In this document: in pieces, positions 37,299 to 48,085 of the stretch
How positions within the stretch are numbered: position 1 is the stretch's first letter
Layout of the letters: each line of letters opens with the position of its first letter
Virus record (IMG/VR): IMGVR_UViG_3300036770_005287
Span: 21,033 to 85,032 of that record
DNA from: a virus
DNA: 64,000 nucleotides
Reading direction: 5' to 3' (one strand)
Position numbers and translations under genes: made by a program
The notes under the pieces: generated by a model
The model's database searches: none
Told to the model about the DNA's origin: nothing
Seen by the model: the letters and a program-made list of their open reading frames with translations, nothing else

Positions 37299-37583
37299 TC
37301 AGTGGGTTTTTAGATATTCAGCTGCCGCGTGTGGAGAACCAAAGGCCGCACTGACGCCTTGAATGCGTTTAAGCTCAAGCTCAAGCCTTGCCGACTCTAT
37401 AGCCTGCTGCTTTTCAGCTAAATAGGCTTCATGCACCGGGTAAAGCGCAACGGCCGAGCTTACAAACACCAAGCTCATCAACAGATAAACAACCACTGAC
37501 GGCCGATTGCCTGCTTTGACGCCCCACGCGGCCATAACAAGCGTCATCAGTGCCAGAAACACCAGCAAGTAAGCGACATTCAT
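37299..37583 (-). CDS. Two-TM membrane protein (P1 LydD/E position)
   Basis: Hydrophobic; directly downstream of the head protease. Confidence 0.6.
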   Translation of the reverse strand: MNVAYLLVFLALMTLVMAAWGVKAGNRPSVVVYLLMSLVFVSSAVALYPVHEAYLAEKQQAIESARLELELKRIQGVSAAFGSPHAAAEYLKTH

Positions 37584-38509
37584 CAGACACGCCCCAGTTG
37601 ACCAAAGTTGTTATATCGTGGTGCAACATGCTCGACCAATTCATCTGGTTTGCCGGCGTGCTGCGCACCTGACTTAATCACTGGCGCTTTGTGCTCACCT
37701 GGTAACGCGCTTAAATCGGTTTTATGCATACTGCTCAGCAGCTGCACAACGGTTTCGACATCAGCGGCGGTTTTCATATTCAGCATTGCATGGCGCTGAT
37801 CTGCAGTGACGAAAAACGGCAGTTTATCGAGCATAGTTTCCATGTTGCTGCGTACCATCTGCTGCTCTTGCATCATGGCTGATAACAGCATTTCGCTGTA
37901 CGCTTCAGCATCCTGATTATCACCGCGGCTAAAGCTACTCAGCAGCTGCTGTGACGCATCACCAAACACGGTCCCCATGCTTGATAACAGGCTATCTTGT
38001 GCACCAACTGAACTTAACAGCATCTGCTGACGCTGCAGCGGGATAAAATTAGGCTGGCGAACATAGTCAAAGCCTTTAAATGAGCGCGCAATGGCAGGAC
38101 CGGTCCCCGGATTACTGCCGGCCATAGCCCACGAAAATCCGCCATGACCGGCCATGTAAAGCTCATAGCACTTGCGGCCCATTTCCGTCGGCAGGAATTC
38201 TTGTGTGTGTGTGACATTGCCGGCATCGTCAACATCCACCTCAAGCGTGCGTACAACTGGCTCAATCTGCAGCACCACGGCCTTGCCATCGACCTGAACC
38301 ACTTCCATTTCGCCCGGATCAATCTTGCCGCTGAGTTCGCGCGGCCGGTGTCCAAAAAAGCCAATGGCTTCTTTAAGGCGGATCCGCTCTTTTGTTTCAG
38401 ATGAGCGCAACGTTTGCTGCAGCGCAGATAATTGGAAACTTTGCGGCGCTGGATTGTGGCGGCGCCCGTCGTTGAAAATATTAAAGGTTTCTTTGACGAT
38501 CATCGTCAT
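37583..38509 (-). CDS. pro: Head processing protease (P1 Pro-like)
   Basis: GFFGH, VTHTQEFL, GGFSWA, GFDYV..PNF; follows portal. Confidence 0.7.
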   Translation of the reverse strand: MTMIVKETFNIFNDGRRHNPAPQSFQLSALQQTLRSSETKERIRLKEAIGFFGHRPRELSGKIDPGEMEVVQVDGKAVVLQIEPVVRTLEVDVDDAGNVTHTQEFLPTEMGRKCYELYMAGHGGFSWAMAGSNPGTGPAIARSFKGFDYVRQPNFIPLQRQQMLLSSVGAQDSLLSSMGTVFGDASQQLLSSFSRGDNQDAEAYSEMLLSAMMQEQQMVRSNMETMLDKLPFFVTADQRHAMLNMKTAADVETVVQLLSSMHKTDLSALPGEHKAPVIKSGAQHAGKPDELVEHVAPRYNNFGQLGRV

Positions 38510-38511
38510 AT

Positions 38512-40224
38512 CTATTCCCCTGATAAAAGTAATTTATGCATAACAGATTGCAGCAATACCTGCTGTTCGCTGCTGTCCATGCCGCTGAGTAAGTGATCGA
38601 TTTTGTCATTGACGCCGGTAAACGATGACATCAGATCGCCGCCACCATCTTCGGCCTGTGCAGCCTCTTGTTTGCCAGCTTCTATCAGCTCTTTTGCAAT
38701 CGTTTTTACTGTGTCCGGATCTGTGTTCAGGACCGGCGTCAGCAGTAATTCAACGAGCTTGGCTGAGTTTTTAGCAGCGCCGCCAGTGAGGCCATCAATC
38801 AGCTGTGTCACAATCAGACTACGGTTTGCGTTGGTTTCCCGTGAATCGGCTTCAGCCTGCTCAACGGCTGTATTAAGACCGGTAAATGTCACAGTCCAAG
38901 GCCGCTTAGCCCCGTGTGGAAAGACTTTTTTGTGCTTGTGCCACAAGTGCAAGTCAATCAGGCGCTCAATCGCATTGGTGCAGCCCTGGCGGATCCACTC
39001 TGCGCGGCGTGTTGACTGAATGCTGGTCTGGAAAAAACCGCCTTCGCCTAATCCACCACTGAGTAAATCAGCCCAGCCAAGCATGCTGGCATCAAGGCCC
39101 ATCGATGACGCCAGGCGGCGCAGATGGAATAAGATATCTTCGATATCGGCAATATTCGGATCAACGCGCTGCGTATCAATTGCGACCTGCCCTTTTGAGG
39201 CCCCGTTAATCGGGATTAGGCTATTTGTGATGAGCGGGCGCAACTTGCGCAGCCAGTTTTTCCGCTCTTGCGCTTCGACATTGGCTTTTAACTGTGCTGC
39301 CACAAAATTGCCGTATTCGGCCGCCTGAATTGGATCCAGCGTTTCCATAGGTAACATGATCATGCGGTCAATGCGGCTGGCGTTGCGCCGGCTTCCACGC
39401 ATCGAGTCAATAGCGTCGAGCAAATCCCGGTAGGGCTCATACGTCTTAGCCAGGAACGAATGGCCGTAGTTCTGAGTCTCACAAATCGACTGATCTAGCA
39501 AATCATCAAACAGGCTGTATTCAACACCCATGTTTTGCGGCATGACTTCAGGATGCGGCTGATGGAATGGCACTTTGATGGGCACCAGCGTCCAAGGCGG
39601 TGCAAGTTGCACTGCGGCGCCCTTGCTGCGCTCTTTGAGATACATGTTTGTGTAGCCCGCCAGCAGGCCTGATCGCTCATATTCCCGGACATGATGCGGC
39701 AGCGTCCAATAGCTGTGCTCAATGTGAGTAATGCCCTGACCGTCTTTGGCGTATGGCCGCACGTAACTGACGCCATAAGTCACCATCGTTTTCGCCCAGT
39801 CAACAATATCCTTGTTGATCATCGGCATCAGCTCGTCATTGAGCTCTTTGACCAGATCCGCAAATTCTTCCTGATTGGTTGCCAGTGTGATGGCCTGGCG
39901 TGTCTCTGTGTCAGCGCTTAAAGCATTCGACACATGAATAGTTAACGCCTCATCGACCAGTGGATCGTTTGCCATTTCCGCATACTGCGCGTACTTCTCA
40001 GCACGCTCTAATTGCATGCCAGAGATATCCATCATATCCGCATCGCTGTGCGGATCAGCGCTTTGACCGTGACTAATCCCGACTCGGGCGCTCGACAATG
40101 GCGAGTCCTGGACCATTGCCACGCGGTCCCGTTCGTTGTTTTCCATGTAAGCAGGGAATAGCACGCTGGCGAACGATTTCAGCATGCTTGCAACAACGCC
40201 TTTTTCCCCATTCGATTTAGGCAT
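38512..40224 (-). CDS. prt: Portal protein (P1 Prt-like)
   Basis: 570 aa; YAEMA.DP, LSGGLGEGGFF; divergent from darB as in P1. Confidence 0.8.
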   Translation of the reverse strand: MPKSNGEKGVVASMLKSFASVLFPAYMENNERDRVAMVQDSPLSSARVGISHGQSADPHSDADMMDISGMQLERAEKYAQYAEMANDPLVDEALTIHVSNALSADTETRQAITLATNQEEFADLVKELNDELMPMINKDIVDWAKTMVTYGVSYVRPYAKDGQGITHIEHSYWTLPHHVREYERSGLLAGYTNMYLKERSKGAAVQLAPPWTLVPIKVPFHQPHPEVMPQNMGVEYSLFDDLLDQSICETQNYGHSFLAKTYEPYRDLLDAIDSMRGSRRNASRIDRMIMLPMETLDPIQAAEYGNFVAAQLKANVEAQERKNWLRKLRPLITNSLIPINGASKGQVAIDTQRVDPNIADIEDILFHLRRLASSMGLDASMLGWADLLSGGLGEGGFFQTSIQSTRRAEWIRQGCTNAIERLIDLHLWHKHKKVFPHGAKRPWTVTFTGLNTAVEQAEADSRETNANRSLIVTQLIDGLTGGAAKNSAKLVELLLTPVLNTDPDTVKTIAKELIEAGKQEAAQAEDGGGDLMSSFTGVNDKIDHLLSGMDSSEQQVLLQSVMHKLLLSGE

Positions 40225-40238
40225 TAATTAACCACTAT

Positions 40239-40253
40239 TCAACGTTAGGATAT
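40239..40253 (+). promoter_or_regulatory. Asymmetric operator motif between prt and darB
   Basis: TCAACGTTAGGATAT. Confidence 0.7.
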
Positions 40254-40264
40254 TATGAGCTGTC

Positions 40265-40283
40265 AGCATACCGCTGGCGCTAA
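40265..40283 (-). promoter_or_regulatory. Putative late promoter TTAGCGC-N6-TATGCT
   Basis: Faces the portal gene. Confidence 0.65.
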
Positions 40284-40297
40284 AAAAAGAGTACAAA

Positions 40298-43200
40298 ATG
40301 AGCCAACTATTCCTTGCGCGGGCGCGCCGGGCGACGGGGATTCGTGGGATCCTGTCCGCCTTTGATGCGTGCCTCCCAAAATCAAATAAGGCTTTTGGCG
40401 TTGAAATGGTCGGCAGCAATGCTGATGAACGACGTAAAGCCAATGCTGCTGCTATCTCTGTCCTCGAATCAAATCCAGATCCAACACTGCTGACTGACCA
40501 AGAAAAGCAAGCACTGCGCGGCTATACCGGTCGGGGCGGCATCGGTGATTCAACCAATGAATACTACACACCAAAAGCGCTGGCTTCCGGCGTGTGGGAC
40601 TTGCTGAAGAGCTTTGGTTTTAGCGGCGGCAACGTCTGCGAACCAAGCTGTGCCACCGGCGTTTTTAACGAAACAAAGCTGGAAAACACCATTATCACCG
40701 GTGCTGAAGTGGATCCAACGTCCAGCCGCATTAACCAGCTGCTGCACCCGGATGACACTATTCACAATATGCCGTTTGAGGCCTTAGCCAAGGTGACGCC
40801 TGACGGCACTTTTGATGCGGTGATCGGCAACGCGCCTTTTGGCGCCCGGATGAATGCATTTGCCAACCAGGATGATGCGTACCGGGACATGAAAACGAAT
40901 GAGCAGTACTTTGTAATGCGCTCAATCGACAAAGTAAAGCCTGGCGGACTGGTTGTGCTTATCGTCAATACAGCAATCGTCAGCACTAAATCACTCAATA
41001 AATTCCGGGCAAAGGTGGCGAGAAAGGCCGAGTTTTTGGGCGCGCACCGCATCCCATCGGGCACCTTTGGCGCATCAGGCAGTGATTCTGTGGTGACTGA
41101 CGTTGTTGTATTCAGAAAGCACCCTGAAGACCTGGCAGAGCGCATTGAAAGCCTGCGGGACAGCGTATTGAAAGACGCCAACGTGCTGTGGGACACCTTT
41201 ATCAGCGGTAACTGGTTTAAAGAAGACGGCCGCAAGTTTGTGCACGGTGAAGTCTTAGAAGGCGCCGGCCAATGGGGCAGTGACTTAGTTGTGATTCCAG
41301 GCTTGCCAAAAGCTGAAGCCGGGCAGCGCTTAACAGCTGAGCAGCGTATCGAGAAACTGAACAAAATTGACGGCCATAACGCTGCCATCGCTAAAAAGCT
41401 CAGCATGAAATTCGACAGCCGCATTGATTGGGATTTGCTCGAATCAGCAGAGCCAGTGACACCGACGTATACAGACGGCGATCGCCGGATGATTAACGGC
41501 CGCTGGTATGAAATGGAACTGGGCCAATGGTTGCCGGTACCCGTTGCAGAAAGCTCAGGCACGCTGGACGCTGAGAAATACGGCTTTAGCTCTATCACCG
41601 ACCTGACCGACGCTATGAGCGATATCCGCGGCGCTATCCGCTTGCCGATGAATCAGCTCAACAACATCTACAGCAACATGCGCGACAAGCTACCGCTCGA
41701 AGTGCAGGCGGCTTTCCAGCTGGCAAATCAGGTAGGGCCTGAGCATCGGGAGCGCCTGGTAAAAGGCGCACTGATTGGTTCACTGCTGCAGGCATTCAAT
41801 GAACGCCGCGACCGCGACTATGACGATTCGACAGAAGTCACTGAGCTGCAGCAAATGTGTCGCCACATGTTCGACACCCTGGGGGATAGCAACAACGTGC
41901 GCGGCCTCAAGGGCCTCACCGGTGACAGCGCCGCCAGCTATAAGTTTTTTGCCGCTGCAATGGATGAGAACGGCCAATTCCGCAACCTGTTATCGGGCGA
42001 AGTGGAAAAGACCAAGATCTACATTCACGACCACGAAAACGCCGAGCATGTGATTGAAATGCTGACCGCCAACCTTGACGGCGGGATCACGCTCGACCAA
42101 TTCCGGGACCGGTACGAGGGCACCTGGACATCGCTTAGTGATGATGAGTTGCTGGACAAGCTGGCAATGCTGGAAAACGTGGCAATTGACCACAATGGCA
42201 ACCTGCAGCTAATGGACCGCGCTTGTTCTGGCGATATCACCAAAAACCGCGCCCGCATCATGCAAGGCCTGGCAAACACAATGCTCAGTGATGCTGTACG
42301 GCAGAATTTAAGCCGCCAGCTCGACACCATTAAGCGCCGGCGCAAGTGGACCAAGGCTGAGCGTATTAACTTTGGTATGCGCGACCCGTATATCCCGCGC
42401 AACCTGGTTTTAGAGTTTTTGCAGTCTGAAGGCTTTGAAGATCTGAAGTATGTCGGCGTAACGCACCAGGAGAACGTGGACACTGGCGCGCTGGATATGG
42501 TCGAAGTTGACGACTACACCGGCCCGGATGGCTTCTATACCGGCTATTACACGCAAGACGGTGCGCAAAAAACCCGTAAAGACGATGACGGCGGCACCCT
42601 GGGGGCGCAGCTGGAAAAATACCTGAACGGTTTACTGGTCCGCTCTTCTGATGCAAAAGAAAACTCTAAATACCGCGACAAGATCCGCGCCTTAGAAACC
42701 CGTTTCCAGGCGTTTATCCGCCAGCACGATAGCGCTGATGAGCTGGTTGAACGCTATAACGACATGTATAACGGCCATATTCCGTTTGAGCACAGTGATG
42801 CACCTATCGCGTTTGAAGGCGTGTCCGGTGAAGTGGTGCACAAAGGCTATCAATGCTCAGGCATTCGCCGGGCGGTCGAAGAGGGCGGCGGGATTTTAGG
42901 CTTTGGTACCGGTCTTGGTAAAACGTTCACAGCCCTTGGCGCTGCCAAGTACGCAACGCAAACAAAGCGCGCGCGTCGTGTCTGTGTCGTGGTACCTAAA
43001 GCGGTCAATGAGAACTGGATCAATGAAACCGTGCTGTTTTACGGCGCTGGCAATTTAAACGATGTCATGTTTGTGGGCTTTGACCTTGTGCGTAACGACG
43101 CCGGGGAACTGACAACCACGCCAATTATCGGCGGTGATGGCAAACAGAAGATTAACCCGACATCAGGCAATCCGATGAGCAATCCAGTGCTGCGCGAAAG

Positions 43201-46200
43201 CAGCCCGGAAGAAATCACACGGAAAATGCACTTAATCCCGCACAGCAACGTCAGCCTGGTGCTGATGACCAAAGAGCAATACGCCCGCATTCCGCTCAAA
43301 GCGCAAACGCTGGATGACAACGCGCAAGAGCACTTAACTGCGCACCAATTAAAAGACCATGTGGCTATGGTGGCGAAGGGCTATAAGCAGCAAGCCAAAA
43401 AAGAAGCGGTCTTAAACAAGTTCAGCGATGCGGGCACTGAGAAAGTGCAGGAATATCCGTACTTCGAAGACATGAACTTTGACATGGTGATAGTCGATGA
43501 GGCCCACAACTACCGCAACAGCCAGGATGCAGGCCAAATCAGCCGCGGCTTAGTCTATGTATCTGCAGGCCAAGAGGCGCAAGTGGCTGCTGATATGCGT
43601 CAAAAGCTGCAGTACGTCAAACGCAAAAACAACGGCCGGGGCGCACTGCTGCTGACCGCTACACCAACGCCCAACAGTCCGCTGGATATCTACAACATGC
43701 TGTCGCATGTGATGACTACAGAAGAGTGGCTGAAACTTGGCATTGCCAACCAGGATGATTTTATCCGGGCATTCGGTGAAGTCTCTGAAGTCATGATCAA
43801 CCGCATCAGCGGCGGCGTTGCCTACGTCGAAGGCCTGACCGGCTTTAAGAATCTGGATGCGTTACGCTCATTGTTCCAGAAGTACGTGAATAAAAAGAAC
43901 GTCGATGACGTGGCAGAAGATGTCAAAGTGCCGAAAGTTGTGGACCAGGTAGCAAAAGTAACCTTGTCAACAGATCAGGCCGATGCGTACAACGTGCTGC
44001 GCCTGCGTGCCCGCATGATCAGTGAGCACGCCAGCGGGGCAGATCCACGCGATAACGCCACCGATGAAGAAATAGCGCTGATTGATGAGCTCGAAGCGCG
44101 GTACCCGGATGATCAGCTGTTCAGCGTCATTCGTGATATGGACCGCGTGTGTACGGATATCGAGCTGTACCAGGGCGCCATGAGTTTTGTGTTCAGCAAG
44201 GACAAAGCCGCCAGCGCGAAAAAACTGATGGCAAGCCTCAAGCCAAGCAAAACAAAGACAATCAGCGACCGTAACGAATCGGGTGATCCGGTGAAGGTGA
44301 AAGTTGAGCTGAAATTAAACCTGCAGGAACGCACCGATAGCCAGGGCAACTACATTGCCAAAATCAATATGGAATTTGAGCAGGACGTACTGGCGGCCCT
44401 GAAGAAGCACGGTTTAAGTCAGCGGGATATCACGCACCCACTGAGCCCGAAATATGCGGCCATGGTTGAGCGGCTGAAAGAAGGCTTAGCGAAGGGCGGC
44501 AAACAGCTGATTTTCAGCGAAGAGAAAAGCCAGCATAAGAAACTGCACCGCATTCTATGCCACCACTTAGGCCTGGAACCGACGCAAATCGGTATTTTAA
44601 ACGGCGATACTGTGGCCGGCGTTGAAAGCGCAGTCAACGATGAGAACGCTAAGGCCGCGCGTAAAGCTGCCAGCGACAATGCTGAAGCGATGGATGAAGA
44701 CACCATTGAACTTGAGGGCATTGAAGCAATTGCCAGCCGTTACAACAGCGGCGAATTCAAAGTGCTCATTCTCAATAAAAAGGGCGAAGTTGGCGTAAAC
44801 CTTCACATAGGCACGTCAGATATTCACCACGCCACACTGCCATGGACGCGTGACAGCTTAACTCAGCGTAATGGCCGGGGCGCCCGTGTCGGCGCACCAC
44901 AAGATGAGGTAACTTCTCACATTTACGTCAATGACGGCAGCTTTGACGTTTTCCGAAAAGAAACCATCGACCGTAAAGGCGCCTGGCAAGATGAGCTTTT
45001 CCACGGTGAAGGCGCGCGCATCGATAACGGTGATGCTGAGCCAGACTTTGATGTCCGGGCTATTTTAGCCAGTAACGTCGAAGAGTACCGGGCGCAGATG
45101 GCAGAGCAGCGCCGCTTGGCTGAAGAAGCGTTGAAAAAGGAAAAGGCCGCTGAGGCTGCTATTTCACTGCACAACTACATCAAAGCCGTGAAATTAATGG
45201 ACCGCAATATCGATGCTGAGCGCGATGCAGAAGCCAAGCAGCAAGAGCACGTCAGCAAATTGACTGCAGATTTTGAGCGGTTAACGGCTGAAGTGGACAA
45301 CGCGCGCACAGCCTGGAAAGCGCTGAGCGAAACCAACGGCGCTGATCCGGCCGCTGTGAGCATGCTTCGAAACCGCTGGCGCCAGGCTAACGGCAAAGCT
45401 GTAGATCAGCAAAAACTGTTGCGTGCTGCTGAAAAGCGTTTAGCTCAGGTGAAATCACTGATCCAGTCAATCACGCGTGCCAAAGGACAGGCCAAGCTGA
45501 TGCGGACCAACGTGGAATCGGCCATCGAGCAAGGTTTACTCAATGTGACGATGAGCGATTTGGACAAGGGCGGCGACCTGGCTGTCACCAATGGCCGCAT
45601 TTTCCGGGTAGGCGAGTACTACAGCGCGACTTATGTCAGCAACTACGGCCGCAACCGCGACAAGGAGCAAATTGTTGTGCGCATCGTTGAGCTGAACCCG
45701 GATCAGACTACTTGTAAGGCTATGGCCGTGTTTGGCTATCGTAAGAATTCAACTTACGACATGCAGCTGAAAATGTTTGGCAACCGGATTGAAGTCAACG
45801 AGGATGAAATCACCCTCCGCCAGCGGCTGGAATCTATCAGCTATTCAGAAATTCAGTCTGTACTGGACCGCAACGAGTTTTACCGGCGTCTGCGCGATGG
45901 ACATGTAAACAAGCACATGGAAGTTTTAACGCGGGAGTCCGACGGCTTCAATATGCGCAGCCTGTACGCGATATCTGACGATGAGATAGACACCATTGTT
46001 TACCCGGACTTTGCTGACACGAAACTGCGTGAAGAAATGATCCAGTATGCGTTAAAGACAATGACAGGGCAGGGCGCCGGTGCAAGCTATGGCCTTGGTC
46101 GCAAGGCGAAATTAGTTTTAGGCGCTGACTGGGAAAACGTGGTTGCCAGCGCTGATCCGAATGCGCCAACAGATGAAGATATTGCAAAATGGCTGTCTGA

Positions 46201-47110
46201 ACGCGTTGCGGACTATGAAGGCCGAACCGGCATTAGCTACCCGGAAGTGCTGCGCAGAAACCAACAGGCGCAAGCCTATTCAGAAACCTTGCTCAAAACC
46301 ATCTATCGCCGGCGCTTTAGTGAAGACATGCCAGGCACAACCGGCCGCCAGAAGTATGATCAGGCCGTCGTTGCGCACGTTGATGCGAAAATCGCAGAGT
46401 TAAAAGAGGCCATGAACGCCTACTTAAAACAAATCGAGGACCGCAACAGCGCTGCAGTGGCAAAAGCCCTGGCAGATGATGCTGATACCATCCGCAACCG
46501 CCTGAAAAACCGGCCTAAGCGTTTACCGCGCAGCTGGTCTGCATATTCTGCGGACGCCTGGGAAGAACTGACCGACGCACTTAAAGGTACGCCGTATGAG
46601 TCTGAGCCGGCTTATCTGGTGGCTGACCTGTTATCAGCAGGCTATACGCCGTACATCAGCCCGAGTGCTGAGAATTGGGCGGTATTGGATGATGACATCG
46701 GGCGGTCAATTATCAATCTGAGTGAGCAGGCCAGCCGCTATAGTGGCAAGCTGGATAACTTCTTAGCTGGGGCGCTTGCTATGGCTGAGACTGTCACGCC
46801 ATCCACGTCCGCCAGCGCCGATCAGTTAGGTGAAATATCCTTTGCCAAGGCATTACTTGAAAAGCACGGTATCAGCTGCCGGCGCAATACCGCGTTTTGC
46901 TCAGGCAAGCCGGCTTATAGCTGGATTGGATTGCATGATCCGAAAGGCTATGGTGCTACACTGCAGAAAACGCTGGCGGGTAAAACCAACCCAAACAAAG
47001 CAAAACTGGGCGCTGTCTGGTGCGGTAAAGATACAAACGGCATGGCCGAACACTGGCTTATTCCGGCTGATATCGATCCGGCTATCGTCATCGAAGTTTT
47101 TGGGCTTTAA
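40298..47110 (+). CDS. darB: DarB-like antirestriction protein (N6-MTase + SF2 helicase)
   Basis: 2270 aa; EYYTP, EPSCATG, GNAPFG; GTGLGKT, VDEAH, LTATP, QRNGRGAR. Confidence 0.88.
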   Translation: MSQLFLARARRATGIRGILSAFDACLPKSNKAFGVEMVGSNADERRKANAAAISVLESNPDPTLLTDQEKQALRGYTGRGGIGDSTNEYYTPKALASGVWDLLKSFGFSGGNVCEPSCATGVFNETKLENTIITGAEVDPTSSRINQLLHPDDTIHNMPFEALAKVTPDGTFDAVIGNAPFGARMNAFANQDDAYRDMKTNEQYFVMRSIDKVKPGGLVVLIVNTAIVSTKSLNKFRAKVARKAEFLGAHRIPSGTFGASGSDSVVTDVVVFRKHPEDLAERIESLRDSVLKDANVLWDTFISGNWFKEDGRKFVHGEVLEGAGQWGSDLVVIPGLPKAEAGQRLTAEQRIEKLNKIDGHNAAIAKKLSMKFDSRIDWDLLESAEPVTPTYTDGDRRMINGRWYEMELGQWLPVPVAESSGTLDAEKYGFSSITDLTDAMSDIRGAIRLPMNQLNNIYSNMRDKLPLEVQAAFQLANQVGPEHRERLVKGALIGSLLQAFNERRDRDYDDSTEVTELQQMCRHMFDTLGDSNNVRGLKGLTGDSAASYKFFAAAMDENGQFRNLLSGEVEKTKIYIHDHENAEHVIEMLTANLDGGITLDQFRDRYEGTWTSLSDDELLDKLAMLENVAIDHNGNLQLMDRACSGDITKNRARIMQGLANTMLSDAVRQNLSRQLDTIKRRRKWTKAERINFGMRDPYIPRNLVLEFLQSEGFEDLKYVGVTHQENVDTGALDMVEVDDYTGPDGFYTGYYTQDGAQKTRKDDDGGTLGAQLEKYLNGLLVRSSDAKENSKYRDKIRALETRFQAFIRQHDSADELVERYNDMYNGHIPFEHSDAPIAFEGVSGEVVHKGYQCSGIRRAVEEGGGILGFGTGLGKTFTALGAAKYATQTKRARRVCVVVPKAVNENWINETVLFYGAGNLNDVMFVGFDLVRNDAGELTTTPIIGGDGKQKINPTSGNPMSNPVLRESSPEEITRKMHLIPHSNVSLVLMTKEQYARIPLKAQTLDDNAQEHLTAHQLKDHVAMVAKGYKQQAKKEAVLNKFSDAGTEKVQEYPYFEDMNFDMVIVDEAHNYRNSQDAGQISRGLVYVSAGQEAQVAADMRQKLQYVKRKNNGRGALLLTATPTPNSPLDIYNMLSHVMTTEEWLKLGIANQDDFIRAFGEVSEVMINRISGGVAYVEGLTGFKNLDALRSLFQKYVNKKNVDDVAEDVKVPKVVDQVAKVTLSTDQADAYNVLRLRARMISEHASGADPRDNATDEEIALIDELEARYPDDQLFSVIRDMDRVCTDIELYQGAMSFVFSKDKAASAKKLMASLKPSKTKTISDRNESGDPVKVKVELKLNLQERTDSQGNYIAKINMEFEQDVLAALKKHGLSQRDITHPLSPKYAAMVERLKEGLAKGGKQLIFSEEKSQHKKLHRILCHHLGLEPTQIGILNGDTVAGVESAVNDENAKAARKAASDNAEAMDEDTIELEGIEAIASRYNSGEFKVLILNKKGEVGVNLHIGTSDIHHATLPWTRDSLTQRNGRGARVGAPQDEVTSHIYVNDGSFDVFRKETIDRKGAWQDELFHGEGARIDNGDAEPDFDVRAILASNVEEYRAQMAEQRRLAEEALKKEKAAEAAISLHNYIKAVKLMDRNIDAERDAEAKQQEHVSKLTADFERLTAEVDNARTAWKALSETNGADPAAVSMLRNRWRQANGKAVDQQKLLRAAEKRLAQVKSLIQSITRAKGQAKLMRTNVESAIEQGLLNVTMSDLDKGGDLAVTNGRIFRVGEYYSATYVSNYGRNRDKEQIVVRIVELNPDQTTCKAMAVFGYRKNSTYDMQLKMFGNRIEVNEDEITLRQRLESISYSEIQSVLDRNEFYRRLRDGHVNKHMEVLTRESDGFNMRSLYAISDDEIDTIVYPDFADTKLREEMIQYALKTMTGQGAGASYGLGRKAKLVLGADWENVVASADPNAPTDEDIAKWLSERVADYEGRTGISYPEVLRRNQQAQAYSETLLKTIYRRRFSEDMPGTTGRQKYDQAVVAHVDAKIAELKEAMNAYLKQIEDRNSAAVAKALADDADTIRNRLKNRPKRLPRSWSAYSADAWEELTDALKGTPYESEPAYLVADLLSAGYTPYISPSAENWAVLDDDIGRSIINLSEQASRYSGKLDNFLAGALAMAETVTPSTSASADQLGEISFAKALLEKHGISCRRNTAFCSGKPAYSWIGLHDPKGYGATLQKTLAGKTNPNKAKLGAVWCGKDTNGMAEHWLIPADIDPAIVIEVFGL

Positions 47111-47117
47111 TCTGATG

Positions 47118-47140
47118 AGCGATTTACACTGTAAATCGCT
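47118..47140. other. parS-like palindrome AGCGATTTACACTGTAAATCGCT
   Basis: 11-bp-arm inverted repeat. Confidence 0.7.
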
Positions 47141-47162
47141 TTAATTTCATAGAGATAACTAT

Positions 47163-47621
47163 ATGAGCATAGTGATTTTACCGGATGATGTCGTAAAGCT
47201 GCCAGAAGAGGCACTGAGCCAATTCTTGGAAGATAACCGCGACGGCCTGAGCGATGATGATTTTGTGAAGCGTTACGCTGAAGGCTTGGCGACAAGCCTG
47301 ATTAGCAAGCCAGCAGTTTACCGGACCTTTGGCGCGCACTGGTGGCCGCTCAAGCGTATTCTGCTGGCGCGCGGACTGCTGCCAGCGCAATACGGTGATA
47401 GCTTTGATTCAGAAGCGGACCGGCTTTTCAGTCAATCTACGGATGCGTTAACTGTCTGCGCGGCGCACCTGGCGCAGCAAGACAATGTTTATGGCCGGAT
47501 GGCCGGGGACATGCAGTTTGTGTACGAGCGGACCAATGGCGAAGCGTATGAGTTCATTCTTGAAGATGATGCGCTGGAACAAAATATTTTCGCTGCGAAA
47601 ATAGCGCCAGCTTTATCATAG
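47163..47621 (+). CDS. P1 Ulx-like protein
   Basis: 152 aa directly after darB; YRTFGAHWWPLKRIL. Confidence 0.6.
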   Translation: MSIVILPDDVVKLPEEALSQFLEDNRDGLSDDDFVKRYAEGLATSLISKPAVYRTFGAHWWPLKRILLARGLLPAQYGDSFDSEADRLFSQSTDALTVCAAHLAQQDNVYGRMAGDMQFVYERTNGEAYEFILEDDALEQNIFAAKIAPALS

Positions 47622-47690
47622 GTGCTCTGGTTGATTGCCCCCAGTTAACCAGGTAGGCATCCCTCAGCCTGTTTTGTGTCCTCAGTAAAC

Positions 47691-47716
47691 AAAAGCCCGC
47701 GCAATGCGGGCTTTTT
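47691..47716. terminator. Bidirectional terminator
   Basis: AAAAGCCCGCGCAATGCGGGCTTTTT. Confidence 0.8.
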
Positions 47717-47767
47717 ATTGGGCGTTTTGTAGCTCTAAGTTTCTGGCCTTCAGCTGTGCGCGTTGCT

Positions 47768-48073
47768 TTACCTAATTCTGACGCCCACGGCTAATATGCT
47801 GTTCATCACTTCAATAGAGTCAAGCATCCCATTTCCATGAGCTTTCGGTAGGTCAACGAAAAGGCCGCTGATCCATTCCGCGACCGCCTCGCAATTAAGA
47901 ACTTGAAGGACTTCAGAGCAAGCAGTACATTGCAACTCAAAGACCATAGATATATCAGCAAGGCTTAATTTACCATCACACTTTCCATCAGCTACCTTTG
48001 CTGTAGGGCGCCACACCAGATCTCCACTGTGACATTTATGGCAATGAGTGTGCTTCTGTTTTTCCTGGTCCAT
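47768..48073 (-). CDS. Zn-ribbon hypothetical protein
   Basis: CHKC...CTAC. Confidence 0.6.
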   Translation of the reverse strand: MDQEKQKHTHCHKCHSGDLVWRPTAKVADGKCDGKLSLADISMVFELQCTACSEVLQVLNCEAVAEWISGLFVDLPKAHGNGMLDSIEVMNSILAVGVRIR

Positions 48074-48085
48074 CTGTCAGGTCTC

